Shown here: positions 18,333-20,150 of the stretch, one piece after another
Position numbering within the stretch: the stretch's first letter is position 1
How the letters are laid out: the number at the start of each line of letters is the position of its first letter
NCBI GenBank assembly: GCA_050298595.1
Contig: JBNKUM010000066.1
Location: forward strand, 1 to 20,150
DNA length: 20,150 nt
Source: Gammaproteobacteria bacterium
Lineage (GTDB): Bacteria > Pseudomonadota > Gammaproteobacteria > GCA-001735895
Reading direction: 5' to 3'
Notes under the pieces: generated by a model
The model's database searches: none
Told to the model about the DNA's origin: nothing
What the model saw: the letters and a program-made list of their open reading frames with translations, nothing else
Position numbers and translations under genes: made by a program

Positions 18333-19388
18333 TCAAATAGGTCTGGAATCCTCAGCTTCCAGCTTGAAGCCTTTTTCCCGGAATAGCTTCAGCGCAGCAT
18401 CGACGACATCGGCATCAAATATCTTGCCACGGTTCAGCTCTATCTCCTGTAATGCATTCTCAATGCTCAGGTGCTGGCCGAGGCGGTAGGGGCGATTGGT
18501 GGCCGTCGCTTCAATAACGTCCGCCACCGCGAGTATACGCGACTCCAGCAGTATCTCATCGCCTTGCAGACCATAGGGATAACCCGAGCCATCCAGACGC
18601 TCATGATGCTGACATATGGTCTGGGCGATGGGCCAGGGGAAATCGATCCCCTTGAGAATCTCGTAACCCCGCAGCGGGTGTTCTTTGATTAAAGAAAACT
18701 CAGCCTCACTGAGGAGTCCTGGCTTGGTAAGAATCTCGGCGGGAACACTGATTTTCCCCACGTCATGTATCACCGATGCCAACTTAATCCCTTCAATCAT
18801 ATGATCTGACAAGCCCAGTTCGTGGGCGATAGCTTCGGCCAGCCGCGCTACGTTGCGCTGATGACCAGCGGTATAGGGATCGCGCAGCTCCACCATAGCA
18901 GCTACCGCTGTGACGGACTCAAACAGGCTCATCTTCAGCCGCTGCTCACTCTCCAGCAGCGAATGGGTACGTTCCTCCACCATCTCCTCCAGATGGTTTT
19001 GCAATCTAAACAGTTCCATATGGGTGCGCACCCGCGCCAACAGCTCTTCGCGCTGGAAAGGCTTGGTGACAAAGTCCACGCCACCGAGATCAAAGCCAGT
19101 CAGTTTGTTATTCATCTCCGAGAGAGCGCTGACAAAGATTACAGGCACATCACGTAACCGTGGCACACTTTTCAGGCGGCGACAGACCTCGAAACCATCC
19201 ATCCCAGGCATGCTTATGTCGAGTAGAATCAGTTGCGGAGGCTGGCTTGTTGCCGCGCGCAATGCCAGTTCACCATTGATCGCCGAGCGTACATGATAGC
19301 CTTCACCTTTCAGAATATCGGTAAGAAGACGTAACGAGGCAGCGGTATCGTCAACGGCGAGTATATATTCGCTGTTGCTGTCGGTCAT
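18333..19388 (-). CDS. Two-component response regulator with REC + HD-GYP c-di-GMP phosphodiesterase domain (RpfG-like)
   Basis: ILAVDD...LILLDISMPGMDG...VTKPF receiver domain; RDPYTAGHQ, HDVGKI, HHERLDGSGYP and RPYR motifs; GGAG RBS. Confidence 0.95.
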   Translation of the reverse strand: MTDSNSEYILAVDDTAASLRLLTDILKGEGYHVRSAINGELALRAATSQPPQLILLDISMPGMDGFEVCRRLKSVPRLRDVPVIFVSALSEMNNKLTGFDLGGVDFVTKPFQREELLARVRTHMELFRLQNHLEEMVEERTHSLLESEQRLKMSLFESVTAVAAMVELRDPYTAGHQRNVARLAEAIAHELGLSDHMIEGIKLASVIHDVGKISVPAEILTKPGLLSEAEFSLIKEHPLRGYEILKGIDFPWPIAQTICQHHERLDGSGYPYGLQGDEILLESRILAVADVIEATATNRPYRLGQHLSIENALQEIELNRGKIFDADVVDAALKLFREKGFKLEAEDSRPI

Positions 19389-19428
19389 GATTGAATTGTC
19401 TCCTCGCTTTGGTTATATGTGTGCCATG

Positions 19429-19900
19429 TTACTCACTGCTTATAGACTTCAGCGCTCTCAATATATCAGAATAGTTGGGTTCTGCGGTAAACTGGGTAAA
19501 AATTTTCCCCGGCCAGGTAACCTTTTCCGCAATGCTGGCAATTGCGATATTGATGCACTCACAAATTAGAGATTCCAAAATTGCATGTAATTCATTGCGC
19601 AGTTGTGCGGGGGCTGCTGTCATCTGTTGCAGCGAGAGCTGTTCGTTTACAGTCTCATGGAGTGATGTGTCTGTGCGATGAGTGCATCTAATTCCCTGTC
19701 GTCTGATCAGACTGTTGCTCCTTGAACACAGAAGCGGTATCGCTCACGATCTTAACCTCTTCTCCGGTTGGTAGCTGATGGATATACCTGGTGGTCTCTA
19801 CACCGCTACGAGCTGAATTGCACGTTTGCGGCGGCCGTTGCCTATAAGGACATAGGTAAGAGGCGAGAGCAAGACGCGGCAGCTTTGTATCTCTCTGGAA
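19429..19900 (-). pseudogene. C-terminal remnant of a hybrid sensor histidine kinase (REC domain plus helical tail)
   Basis: SGVETTRYIHQLPTGEEVKIVSDTASVFKEQQ resembles the receiver segment DGxEATRxIRxLPxGxxVKIVAVTASxFxEQ. LRNELHAILESL...NYSDILRAL resembles the tail of such kinases. Broken across frames and ends 40 nt before the HD-GYP gene. The upstream limit is approximate. Confidence 0.65.
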
Positions 19901-19983
19901 TAGCCTGTTATTCCACGTCGTCACGCCTTGATCTACACCAGCTCAAACGCACAATTCAGATCGTCCAACTGCGGATTCCAGGT

Positions 19984-20010
19984 TCAAGGGAACAGACTCT
20001 GACCCTTTGA
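19984..20010. repeat. Imperfect GGGTCAGA/TCTGACCC-type palindrome (REP-like)
   Basis: TCAAGGGAACAGACTCTGACCCTTTGA. Related motifs occur at 8411-8420, 8568-8576, 17841-17854 and ~17894-17905. Confidence 0.5.
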
Positions 20011-20150
20011 AAAAAAACCGCCAAAACTGATCCATCAGTAATGACGGTTGAATTGCCAGGTCAGGCAGTTCTTATTAGACCTAGTTGATCACTTTACTCA
20101 CTTCTTCCGAATATGCACTTTCAATATTCGCTGTATTATAGGAAGTTATT

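Noticed and set aside
1-20150. CRISPR array, tRNA or rRNA genes
   Set aside because: No regularly spaced direct repeats or recognisable structural RNA gene signatures were seen.

Overview
Gammaproteobacterial-type chromosomal window in which intact housekeeping blocks alternate with decayed accessory DNA. Intact genes: ubiE-RDD-ubiJ-ubiB, moeB/thiF-DUF2164, a CsgG-DUF4810-DUF799 lipoprotein trio, a RIO1-like kinase, modD, queC, a 1121-aa M4 metalloprotease with acidic repeats and a GlyGly-CTERM tail, and a REC/HD-GYP regulator. Much of the signal is missing from the ORF track. The first ~1.2 kb looks like a decayed integron cassette array with no integrase in view. It contains the 5' end of a RAYT-like Y1 transposase, two cassette-like ORFs preceded by GTTRRRY cores, and an attC site interrupted by a ~243-nt ORF-less insert that begins with a group IIC intron 5' end. 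There is also a 145-bp IS4-type MITE (16-bp perfect inverted repeats, 11-bp target duplication) carrying a palindromic element. Pseudogene remnants of a PNPOx-family protein, an Hsp20, an IS110 transposase and a hybrid sensor kinase are present. All family calls come from manual translation and remembered motifs; no searches were run.
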